The notes beneath the pieces are model-generated. The model was not told the DNA's origin. It searched no databases and saw nothing but the letters and a program-made list of their open reading frames with translations. Position numbers and translations under genes: made by a program. Below are positions 9,815-19,649 of a DNA stretch of 64,000 nt, piece after piece. Positions within the stretch are counted from its first letter, which is position 1, and each line of letters begins with the position of its first letter. The stretch comes from Chrysemys picta bellii (lineage: Eukaryota): positions 3,038,001 to 3,102,000 of the forward strand of contig NC_088794.1 in assembly GCF_011386835.1 (NCBI RefSeq), given 5' to 3'.

Positions 9815-12800
9815 CTAGGATGGGGGAACCAGGGCGGGATCAGGGCAGTGGGAGATGGAGACACCCCCTGGGGGTCCATCTAGACCATCCCCACCCAGGG
9901 CAAGATTGTCTCCAACTGTCTGTCCCCCAGCTAGCTTTGGGAGGGGAGTGGGGTCTAGCGGGTTAGAGGAGTGGGGGCTGGGAGCCCGGACTCCTGGGTT
10001 CTCTCCCCAGCTCCGAGAGGGGAGTGGGGTCTAGTGGGTCAGAGCAGGGGGGTGGAAGCCAGGACTCCTGGGTCCTCAAGTGTGCAGGAGCAAGGGAAGA
10101 GGCCCGCAGGACAGGTTGCAGCCCTGCCTGACACCCAATGTCTCACCTCGTCCTCCTGCTGCCAGTCTCCGGTGGAGAGAGGTGGCGCGGGGTGGAAGTG
10201 CTGCCCACGGAGGGACGCAGGTTCAGCGGCGGGGAGCTCGGGGGCCTGCCAGGGAAGCAGAGGCGTGAGGGAAGCCCCTGTGGGTGCAGGAGGGGCTGGC
10301 CCTGGGACCCAGCATTCCCCAGAGGAAGCTTGGGGAGACCACCATGTCCCCCCAGAACCTCCAAGGAGCCACCCCAGCTATCCCACCCCAGGAGTACCCC
10401 ATCCCTTAGAAGGGCCTCCATGCACCTCCTTGCTCAGGTAAGCTTGGGTACTCTCCCACGCCCCATCATCCCTATTACACCCCAAAGGGAGGAGAACCAT
10501 ATACCCCTGCCCCCTTGCCTCCATATGGACCCTTTTGTCCACTTGCCTCCATATGGATTACCCCATATTCTTAGCCCCCAAGTGCCCCACCCTGGCTTCC
10601 TCCTGCATTCCTACCTGCCACAGATATCACCCCCCCCCCCCGCAACTCCTCCACATCTCATATTTTGTTCCCCCCACCTTCATACACTCCCAGTCGTCCC
10701 CCGCCATGTTCCTACCCCTCCCTAGTCCTAGATTCACCCCCATATCCTCCCTGCCCCCCAGAAGTCCCTTCCTGCCCTGTGTGTGAGAGCACACCTGGGC
10801 AGTGCTGCCCTCTGCTGGAATGGATTAGGAGAAACAGTGCTGCCCCTACTGGAGGGGACGAGGGCCCATGGGTAGATGTGGGTGTGTTGTCCCCCCACTC
10901 ACTTGTCCTGCGATAGCAGCTCCCCGGGGCAGGTCCGGTTATGCCGCCCACAGACCCCCGATACCTCGAACACATCCTCCCCCAGGCTCCCATCTTCCTC
11001 CTCCTCCTCCTCCTCCTCCTCTTCGTCCCAGGAGAAGCTGCTATCCAGCAGGGTGGCAAGTAGTGGGGAGCAGGGCGGGGTGACGGGCACACTGCGACGC
11101 CAGCTGGAGAGCCAGCGCGCCGGCAGGCACAGGGCAGCCCACAGCCAACGCACAAAACTCCCAGCACCCTGAGTGGGGGAGGGAGAAGAGAAAGTTCAAC
11201 CAACAGGGTTGAAAGGCACCAGCAGAGCTGTGGGGGGGGCAGGGCTGGGCTAGCAGGGGCTGCGGGTCGGGAGTGAGGGGCACCGGCAGAGCTGGGGGGG
11301 GGCACCCAGGGCTGGGCTAGCAGGGGCTGCGGGTCGGGAGTGAGGGGCACCGGCAGAGCTGGGGGGGGGCAGGGCTGGGCTAGCAGGGGCTGCGGGTCGG
11401 GAGTGAGGGGCACCGGCAGAGCTGGGGGGAGCCCAGGGCTGGGCTGGCAGGGGCTGCAGGTCGGGAGTGAGGGGCACCGGCAGAGCTGGGCTGGCAGGGG
11501 CTGCGGGTCGGGAGTGAGGGGCACCGGCAGAGCTGGGGGGAGCCCAGGGCTGGGCTGGCAGGGGCTGCGGGTCGGGAGTGAGGGGCACCGGCAGAGCTGT
11601 GGGGGGGCAGGGCTGGGCTGGCAGGGGCTGCGGGTCGGGAGTGAGGGGCACCGGCAGAGCTGGGGGGAGCCCAGGGCTGGGCTGGCAGGGGCTGCGGGTC
11701 GGCAGTGAGGGGCACCGGCAGAGCTGGGCTGGCAGGGGCTGCGCGTCGGGAGTGAGGGGCACCGGCAGAGCTGGGGGCTGCAGCTCAGGGCTGACGTGCT
11801 CCCCGCTCCCAGGACTCACCTGGCACAAGGAGGCAGCTCTCAGGAGTCCGTCCTGCAGCAGCAGCGTCAGCTTGCGCCACTTCTCCGTCTTGCGCATGAT
11901 GCTTGAGTTGAGCAGCGCCTCCGCCGAGGGCCGGAGCCGGGGATCGGGGTCCAGCATGGCAGCCAGCAGGGCCCGCAGCTCTGAGGAGAGACCTGGGCCA
12001 GGGAGAGATGTCAGCAGCGCCCGTACTGAGTCCCACCCTCCCCTAGGGCCCTTCACTTGGGGTCCTGCCTTCTCTAGTGGTTCTCAACTCGGGGCATGCG
12101 TACCCCTCGGGGGTGCACACGTCTCCCCGGGAGTACACCAGCTCATCCAGGAATTTACCTGGTTTTACAGCAGGCTACATAAAGAGCACTAGCAAAGTCT
12201 GTCCAAACTAAAATTTCATACGAGGACTTGTTTATTCTGCTCTATCGACTAGACATGGAAACGCAAGTACAATATGGATATTCCAGTTAGGGCTGTCGAT
12301 TAATCGCAGTTAACTCACACGATTAACTCAAAAAATTCATCACGCTTTTAATCGCACTGTTAAATCATTTAATACCAATTGAAATTTAATACATTTTGAC
12401 ATTTTTCTACGTTTTCAAATACGTTGATTTCAACACAGAATACGAAGTGTACAGGGCTCACTTTATATTATTTGTATTACAAATATTTGCACAGTAAAAA
12501 TGATAAACAAAGAAATCATATTTTTCGGTTCACCTCATACCAGTACTGTAGGGCAATTTCTTTATTGTGAAAGTGCAACTTACAAATGTAGATTGTTTAC
12601 AAGTCCACTCAGTCCTACTTCTTCTTCAGCCAATTGCTCAGACAAACAAGTTTGTTACATTTGCAGGAGACAATGCTGCCTGCTTCTTGTTTACAATGTC
12701 ACCTGAAAGTGAGAACAGGCATTCGCATGGCACTGTTGTAGCCAACATCGCAAGATATTTACCTGCCAGATGCGCTAAAGATTCATACGTCCCTTCATGC

Positions 12801-15800
12801 TTCAGCCTTCCAGAGGACACGCGTCCATGCTGATGATGCTCGTTAAAAAAAATAAATGCATTAATTAAATTCGTGACTGAGAACTGAGGGAGAATTGTAG
12901 GTCTCCTGTTCTGTTTTCCCCGCATTCTGCCATATATTTCATGTTAAAGCAATCTTGGATGATGACCCAGCACATGTTGTTCGTTTTAAGAACACTTTCA
13001 CTTCATATGTGACAAAACACAAAGAAGGCACCAATGTGAGATTTCTAAAGATAGCTACACCACTCGACCAAAGGTTTAAGAATCTGAAGTGCCTTCCAAA
13101 TCTGAGAGGGACGAGGTGTGGCGCATGCTTTCAGAAGTCTTAAAAGAGCAACCCTCTGATGCGGAAACTACAGAACTGAACCCCCAAAAAGAAAATCAAC
13201 CTTCTGCTGGTGGCATCTGACTCAAATGATGGAAATGAACATGCGTCGTTCGTACTGCTTTGGATTGTTATCAAACAGAACCCATCATCAGCATGGACGC
13301 GTGTCCTCGGGAAGGCTGGTTGAAGCATGAAGGGACCTATGAATCTTGAGCGCATCTGGCACGTAAATATCTTGCGATGTTGGCTACAACAGTGCCATGC
13401 AAACGCCTGTTCTCACTTTCAGGTGACATTGTAAACAAGAAGCGGGCAGCATTATCTCCTGCAAATGTAAACAAACTTGTTTGTCTGAGCGATTGGCTGA
13501 ACAAGAAGTAGGACTGAGTGGACTTGTAGGCGCTAAAGTTTGACATTGTTTTATTTTTGAGTGGAGTTATTTTTGGTACATATTTCTATATTTGTAAGTT
13601 CAACTTTCATGATAAAGAGATTGCACTACATTATTTGTATTAGCTAAACTGAAAAATATTATTTCTTTTGTTTTTTACTGTGCAAATATTTGTAATAAAA
13701 ATAATAATATAAAGTGAGCACTGTACACTTTGTATTCTGTGTGATAATTGAAATCAATATATTTGAAAACATAGAAAATATTTAAATAAATGATATTCTA
13801 CTATTCTTTACCAGTGCAATAAATCACAATTAATTTTTTTACATCACTTGACATCCCTAATTCCAGTTGTTTTATAATTATATGGTAAAAATGAGAAAGT
13901 CAGCCATTTTTCAGTACTAGTGTGCTGTGACACTTCTGTATTTTTATGTCTGATTTTGTAAGTAAGTCATTTTTAAGTGAGGTGCAACTCGGGGGGAGGC
14001 AAGACAAATCAGACTCCTGAAAGGGGGACAGGCGTCTGGAAACGTTGAGAGCCACTGCACTAGACCAGTGATACTCAGACCTCAGTGGTTCAGGAGCCAA
14101 ATTAGGAATCAACATTACCCTGAAGAGCCACAGTCGTGTGAATTCATGGTTTCATTTATTATAGATTCATATTTAAACAGTGTGTCAGGGGAAATATTTA
14201 GTTTTTACACATACACACACATACACACCACACCCCCCAACCTCAAGGGAATGGAAGTTGTTCGTAATTCTGAACAAAACATTATGGTTGTTCTTTCAAA
14301 AGTTTACAGCTGAACATTGACTTAATGCAGTTTGAAACTTCACTATGCCATAGAAAAATGCTACTTTCCCTTTAAGTAATTTACATTTAACACAGTACTG
14401 TATTGTATTTACTTTTTTCCATCTCTGCTGCTGCCTGAGTTGTACTTCCAGTTCCAAATGAATTGTGTGGTTTACTGATCAGTTTGTAACTCTGGTTTTC
14501 ATAACTCTGAGGTTCTACTGTATTTTAGTCTCACAGCAAAATGACTGATCAAGTATTATTTTATCAACTACAATCGATTAATAACATTGTAAAAGCATCC
14601 TGATTGGTTAATAATTAAATCAGTGTTTTAATGTCATGAGCCTCAAGGAGACACATTAAAGAGCCACTTGTTGCTTGCAAGCCTCAGTCTGAGTATCACG
14701 GCACTAGACAGATACAGTGGAACCCCGCTATAACGCAATCATTGGGGTCCAAAAAATTCAATCGTGGTAAATACAGGGTCGCGTTATAGCAGGGGTTCCA
14801 CTGTACTTGTGTTCAGCTTCTGCGCCCTGGCTAGGGGGAGGGAGGAAGCGGGGGGAGAAAGAGAAGGGGGGTGGCCAGGGCTTCCTTCAGCTGGGGCGCT
14901 GGCCACTCGGCCCCTCCTGCCGCCAGGGCCAGCGGGGCCCAATTCCTGGGGCGGCACTTGGGATTGCCGGCTGGGGGAGAGGCGCCACAGGGTTGGTTGC
15001 GCTCCGGCCGGAGGCCCTGCCGGGAGAGCGGGACCAGCCGCGCTCCGGCCGGGAGAGCGGGGCCGCGGGGCTGCCGCACTCTGGCCGGCGCTGTGGCCAG
15101 GGGAGCGAGGCCCCCAAAGACGACCGCCACCAGCCTGCCTGCCGCACTGACTGCCGGGAGGGCTCTGCGCCACTCTGCAGCCTGCTCCCAGGAGGGTACT
15201 CCCCTCCTCCACGCTGCCGCCCCCTACATCGGTCGGCGGGGAGGGAAGGATGCGGGCTGGAGTGGGTCTTGCCGGGGACAGAGGTGAGAACCCCAGGGGC
15301 GCGCCAGGGATGCAGGGAAAGTCGCTCCTGCTGCAGCCGCTGGGGCATGGATCCCAAACGCCACGTGCCTGCCAGACTCGCCCCGCGTTATAAATGAATT
15401 TGCGTTATCACGGGGAGAGTTATAGCGGGGTTCCAGTGTACTACTCTGTGGTGATAGAACCCAGGAGTCCTGGCTCCCAGCCCCCTCCCAGCTCGACCAC
15501 CACACTGAATGCCAATTCCAGCAGGTTTCCATGTGTGAAGCAGGGTCCATGGCACACTGGGTAGCCATCAGCAGCCCCATGTGTGCCAGGAGAGGGGACC
15601 CCCACTTACCGGCAGTGAATTCAGGGGGCAAGTAGCCCTGCCGGAGCTGCTGCCAGCCCTCCCCTCCATTGGGAAGCTCCATATTGCAGGCGATTTCCAG
15701 GATAGTCATGCCAAGGCTGGAAGAGAGATGTGCACGCTGGGTCAGCCAGGAGCCGGCCTCCCAGAATCCTCTGCTCCTTGCCACATGCCAGGGTGCCCGG

Positions 15801-17065
15801 ACTCTGAGCACATGGGGCAGTGACGGGGTGGCGGTCAAGAAACAGGGTGTGCGGACTGAAAGCCAGGGGATGGGTCTAGTGGATAGAGGGGTGGGGCTGG
15901 GAGTCAGGACTCCTGGGTTCTATCCCTGGCTCTAGTGGGCCCACCTGAAGACATCAGCCGCCTCACTGTACTCCCCCTGCAGCAGCTCGGGCGCCATGTA
16001 GCGCGGGTCGCCCTCCTGGGCGTCACTCAGGTCTCCACGGTCCAACTCCAGCACCAGGCCAAAGTCGCCCAGCTTGCAGACCCGGCGCTCGGTGAGGAAG
16101 ACGTTGGCCGGCTTGACGTCCATGTGCAGCAGCCCGCAGGCGTGCAGGTGGCGCAGCGCCTGCAGCAGGTCCCAGAGGCAGGCCCGCACCTGGCCCTCGG
16201 GCAGCGTCCCGCGCCCCTCGCAATGCTGCAGCAGGCTGGCTGGGCACAGCTCCGTCTGGATGTACAGCTGCCCCCGCTCCTCCCAGGCCCGCACGAAACT
16301 CACGCAGTTGGGGTGGCGCCCCACCCGCTCGTGCTTCCGCACCTCCGCCAGCTTGCGTTGCCGGTCGCCGGCGCCCCGGAACGGCTCCACCGAGCGCTTC
16401 ACTGCGTACAGCCGCCCGTCCTCCTTGCTGCGCACCTGCAGGGGACAGGTCAGATGTGGAGGGTAGGGCCAGGACCCAGCTCCCCCGACAGATTCCCTCC
16501 TTTCCCCACAACTCTGCCCCACAGAATAGCTCCACGCTCATCCTCCTTACTGCACACAGATCAGCCACCAGTGGGGGGCAGGCTCAGCTTGAGAATCACA
16601 CTCATCCCCCAGCTGGGATCCCCCTAATCCCCCACACCCCACACGCTTTCCCCAGCTGGGATCTCCCACCCCAGGTGTCCCCCCCCTTACCTTATACACC
16701 TCCCCGAAGGAGCCGCGCCCCAGCCGGCCCAGCAGCTGGAAGCACTGGCTGAAGAAGGGCTCTCTGCGGGCAGGGTCGTAGAGGCGGCTGCGGGGGGCCA
16801 GCGCCCGGACCTGGGAGCCGCGGAAGGAGACGCTGCGCGGCCGGGGCTGGCTCCAGGGCTGTGGTTGGCGGCCGGTGAAGACCCGGCTGACAGTCAAGGT
16901 GCCCTTGTGGCGCGGTCGGGGCGGGAGGGTGTAGCTGAGCGGCCGGCCTGGCCTCTTCGCCGAGAAGCTGCGCTCGGCCTCCTGGAAGAAGGCCGGCACA
17001 GGCACCGGCAGGGGCGTGCGGCTCAGCTGGGACTCGGCCCCCGCGCAGTCCAGGGGCAGCGGCAT
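9589..17065 (-). CDS. PKMYT1: Membrane-associated Tyr/Thr Cdc2-inhibitory kinase Myt1, 578 aa: complement(join(9589..9814,10147..10245,10903..11168,11820..11992,15610..15716,15945..16435,16691..17065))
   Basis: Exons sum to 1737 nt with all phases consistent. Kinase motifs [21 protein letters not shown]-like [17 protein letters not shown] and GDPRYMAPE are present, plus the C-terminal [12 protein letters not shown] (RxL cyclin-binding) motif. P-loop Ser and Thr gatekeeper are Myt1-type, not Wee1-type. Confidence 0.97.
10147..10245 (-). CDS. PKMYT1: PKMYT1 coding exon 6
   Basis: 99 nt, phase 2-2, encodes ..SVGSTSTPR.. Confidence 0.9.
10903..11168 (-). CDS. PKMYT1: PKMYT1 coding exon 5
   Basis: ctcag|GGTGCT..GACAA|gtgagt; [29 protein letters not shown] and a poly-Glu tract. 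Confidence 0.92.
11221..11776. repeat. ~63-bp GC-skewed minisatellite (Sat-A) in a PKMYT1 intron
   Basis: Unit gggtcgggagtgaggggcaccggcagagctgggggggcagggctgggctagcaggggctgc. Confidence 0.95.
11820..11992 (-). CDS. PKMYT1: PKMYT1 coding exon 4
   Basis: 173 nt; [32 protein letters not shown]|gtgagt. Confidence 0.95.
12075..14057. mobile_element. Non-autonomous hAT (Charlie-like) element, split by a nested insertion
   Basis: Terminal inverted repeats TAGTGGTTCTCAAC (12075-12088) and GTTGAGAGCCACTG (14044-14057). Confidence 0.75.
12288..13859. mobile_element. Fold-back hAT derivative with long inverted arms carrying transposase C-terminal remnants
   Basis: TIR TAGGGCTGTCGA / TGACATCCCTA and perfect 8-bp TSD ATTCCAGT (12280-12287, 13860-13867). 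Arms ~12288-12838 and ~13283-13859 are reverse complements; both encode the ATTVPC(E/K)[13 protein letters not shown] dimerisation-domain remnant. Confidence 0.9.
14066..14701. mobile_element. hAT MITE
   Basis: 15-bp TIR CAGTGATACTCAGAC / GTCTGAGTATCACGG (14/15 match); perfect 8-bp TSD CACTAGAC (14058-14065, 14702-14709). Confidence 0.9.
14715..15438. mobile_element. Tc1/mariner (Tigger-like) MITE with GC-rich core
   Basis: TA|CAGTGGAACCCCGCTATAAC ... GTTATAGCGGGGTTCCAGTG|TA; an extra internal inverted TIR copy at 14781-14803. Confidence 0.8.
15610..15716 (-). CDS. PKMYT1: PKMYT1 coding exon 3
   Basis: 107 nt; [36 protein letters not shown]. Confidence 0.96.
15945..16435 (-). CDS. PKMYT1: PKMYT1 coding exon 2 (kinase core)
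   Basis: 491 nt; [34 protein letters not shown]. Confidence 0.97.
16691..17065 (-). CDS. PKMYT1: PKMYT1 coding exon 1 (exon acceptor at 17089; ATG at 17065)
   Basis: GCCATGC start 24 nt into the exon; [29 protein letters not shown]|gtaagg. Confidence 0.92.
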
Positions 17066-17670
17066 GGCCGGCTCTGCCAGGGGGAGGCGCTGCAGGGAAA
17101 GGGGAAAACAGCACCCGGGGTCAGCAGCGTGGCTGGGCACCGCTGGGGGGAGCGCCCAGGGGCTGCTGATGGGGGGTCTGGGGTTTCCCGGCCAGCACCC
17201 ATTGGCATGGGGGCGGGGGTCACCCCGGCACAGCTCCCGCCTCGGCTTGAACGGGAGAGTTCGGGTTGTTACCCCTTGGCGGGGCGGAGGGGTCAAGTGG
17301 GGGGCCCCTTGGTGGGGGGGAGGGGTGTGGTGAGAGGGGGTGCTGGAGTGGGGGGAGGGGTCCGGTGTGGGGGTGTTGGCGTGGGGGGCTTGGCACGAGG
17401 AGAGAGGGGTCTGGTGAGGGGGGGTTGGTGGGGGGGAGGGGGCCCCGCTGGCAGGGGGGAAAGGGGTCCAGTGATGGGGTAGCTTGGGGGGGGGCTGGTA
17501 GGGGGGAGGGGGTCTGATGGGGGTGGGGCCCGGCAGGGGGGCTGGTAGGGGGCGGGGCTGGTGGGCGGGGAAGGGGGTCCGATGGGGGTGGGGCCGCCCC
17601 TGCTCAGCCCCCCCTTGGCCTCAGCGCGGGGGACCCCGCCTGGCGCGAGCGGGGTGGGGGGGGGCCTCAC

Positions 17671-17760
17671 CTCCTCCCCGGTCCCCACGGGGCGGGGGCG
17701 CCGCGCTCGCTCCCCTCCGGGTACCCGGATGTGACGGGCTCCCCCGCAGCCCTTTCCCGC
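17671..17760 (-). other. PKMYT1: Putative non-coding first exon of PKMYT1 (5' end approximate)
   Basis: Donor GAGGAG|gtgagg at 17671/17670 inside a CpG island, just downstream of the E2F/CCAAT cluster. Confidence 0.6.
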
Positions 17761-17970
17761 GCGCGCGCCCCGAGCCAGCCCAACCGCCGCTCCGCCTGGC
17801 GCCAAAATCCCCACCGGCGCGGCGCGAGCCGCCAACCGCCTCCCGCCAACACCTCGGTAGCCAATCAGAGGCGAGAGGCCGGCATGGTCCCGTCTCCCCG
17901 CTCGTTCACCACGCCCACTCCAGCTCGGCTCTGCCGGGGGGAGCGCGGCCCAGTGACGTTCCCGCCCACA
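17740..17970 (-). promoter_or_regulatory. PKMYT1 CpG-island promoter with E2F sites and CCAAT box
   Basis: TTTCCCGC 17753-17760, TTTTGGCGCCA (rc) 17797-17807, TTGGCGGGA (rc) 17841-17849, AGCCAATCAG 17859-17868, TTCCCGCC near 17959. Confidence 0.8.
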
Positions 17971-18139
17971 ATGCACTGGGGCAACCAAAGTGTGGCCAAC
18001 CCTTCCCCCGTCTCGCCCCCCGCCGCCTCAGGCGCAGCCCCCCCACAATGGCAGCCCCCCTCTGCCATCCAACCCCCACCCCACAGGGAGGGGACAGGCC
18101 CCAAGCCCCAGCCACTGCCCATAGGGGACAACACCCCCT

Positions 18140-18610
18140 GGAAACACCCAGCCCTCCACAGGGGCAGCTCCTCTCCAGCCCCTCCCCCTCCTCAAACAAC
18201 CCCAATAACCTGGGAACCCCCAGCCCTCCACAGGGGCACCCCCTCTCCAGCCCCTCCCGCTCCTCAAACAGCCCCAATAACCTGGGAACCCCCAGCCCTC
18301 CACAGGGGCAGCCCCCTCCAGCCCCTCCCCCTCCTCAAACAACCCCAATAACCTGGGAACCCCCAGCCCTCCACAGGGGCACCCCCTCTCCAGCCCCTCC
18401 CGCTCCTCAAACAGCCCCAATAACCTGGAAACCCCCAGCCCTCCACAGGGGCAGCTCCTCTCCAGCCCCTCCCCCTCCTCAAACAACCCCAATAACCTGG
18501 GAACCCCCAGCCCTCCACCGGGGCACCCCCTCTCCAGCCCCTCCCGCTCCTCAAACAGCCCCAATAACCTGGGAACCCCCAGCCCTCCACAGGGGCAGCC
18601 CCAATAACTA
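18140..18610. repeat. 72-bp minisatellite (~6.5 copies) between the PKMYT1 promoter and the 3' end of the elastin-like gene
   Basis: cagccctccacagggg recurs at 18149, 18221, 18293, 18364, 18436, 18508 and 18580. Confidence 0.95.
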
Positions 18611-18904
18611 CCCCAGCCCCCATCTTTCGGTCAGGGGGAGATCCAGAACCTCCCCAGGGTGTCCCATATCCAGTTCCCCCCACTGGGCAAGCCAGCAGCC
18701 TGGGGAGTGTGGAGACGACCTGCATGGGTGGTTTGCATGTGGGGGGCTGAAAACCAAGGCCGCACATTTCATTCGGGAGGGAGGATCCCTCCCCTATGTT
18801 AAATACCCCAGAGAAAATAACCCATCATCTCCCCTTGGCCGGGGTAGGTAGGACTAGCCATGGTTGTCTGGACAGCCCCCCCTCCATTGTTCCCGGCTTT
18901 GATT

Positions 18905-18910
18905 TTTATT
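18905..18910 (-). terminator. Candidate polyA signal of the GREP1-like gene (alternative at 19092-19097)
   Basis: tttatt on + strand, downstream of the stop at 19624. Confidence 0.45.
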
Positions 18911-19271
18911 TGTAATTAAGAATCTAGCTGCTAGGATGGCAAAGGAAAGCTTCGAAACACGACTGGAGGAGAACCAACATCTGCCTGAGTCTTCTGAGAG
19001 CCTGCGCCGATTGCTGGGAGAGGTGTGAACTGCCCCCAGTGTAACCGGTACGGCATACAAAGATCTTGAGACTTCAGCTTTGTGTGGGATCTTTATTACA
19101 AACACTCCCACACCCCACCCTCCGGCTACAAACGAATATTTGCTGCCTATCCAGGGAAGGGGAGTTAATAACTGAGTCACCCCCCTCCGTGCATCCCATA
19201 TTCCTGGACTGACCTACCCTTAAAATCCTTCTCACCTCACTGGCCAAGACCAAAGAGGCAGGGAGGTCGGG

Positions 19272-19394
19272 TAGGGTGACCAGATGTCCCGATTTTATAG
19301 GGACAGTCCAGATATTTCGGGCTTTTTCTTATATAGATGCCAATTACCCCTCACCCCCGTCCCGATTTTTCAAACTTGCTATCTGGTCACCCTT
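19272..19394. mobile_element. ~123-bp hAT-type MITE in the 3'UTR of the GREP1-like gene
   Basis: TIRs TAGGGTGACCAGA / TCTGGTCACCCT; internal atgtcccgattttatagggacagtcc recalled as an abundant turtle MITE. Confidence 0.85.
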
Positions 19395-19623
19395 GTCCGG
19401 GGTCACCAGAAATGTTGCAGCCTCACTTTCCAAAAACAAGTTAAATTGATAGTCACCATTTGTTTTTCTTTTAAAAAGACAGATCTCGAGCCATTAAAAA
19501 TAAAGAAAAATAAAAAGAAAGATGATAATTTATATCAGGAGAAATTCTTGGTTTTTTTAGCACCAGAAGTGGCCGGCTCATGCCATCCTGTGGTGTGGAG
19601 TTCCCCAGGTGACGGTCCGGCAT

Positions 19624-19649
19624 TCAGCACTTCCCGGAAGGACAGCGAC
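19624..19649 (-). CDS. GREP1: GREP1-like terminal coding exon (GRCPSGKC*)
   Basis: Acceptor ctctttattccag|GTCGC; TGA at 19626-19624. Confidence 0.85.

Noticed and set aside
14764-15397. Overlapping GC-rich ORFs
   Set aside because: Lie inside a Tigger-like MITE bounded by TIRs; no transposase similarity
17517-18851. 444-aa plus-strand ORF over the PKMYT1 promoter
   Set aside because: Product of extreme GC content and the 72-bp repeat; no domain or coding signal
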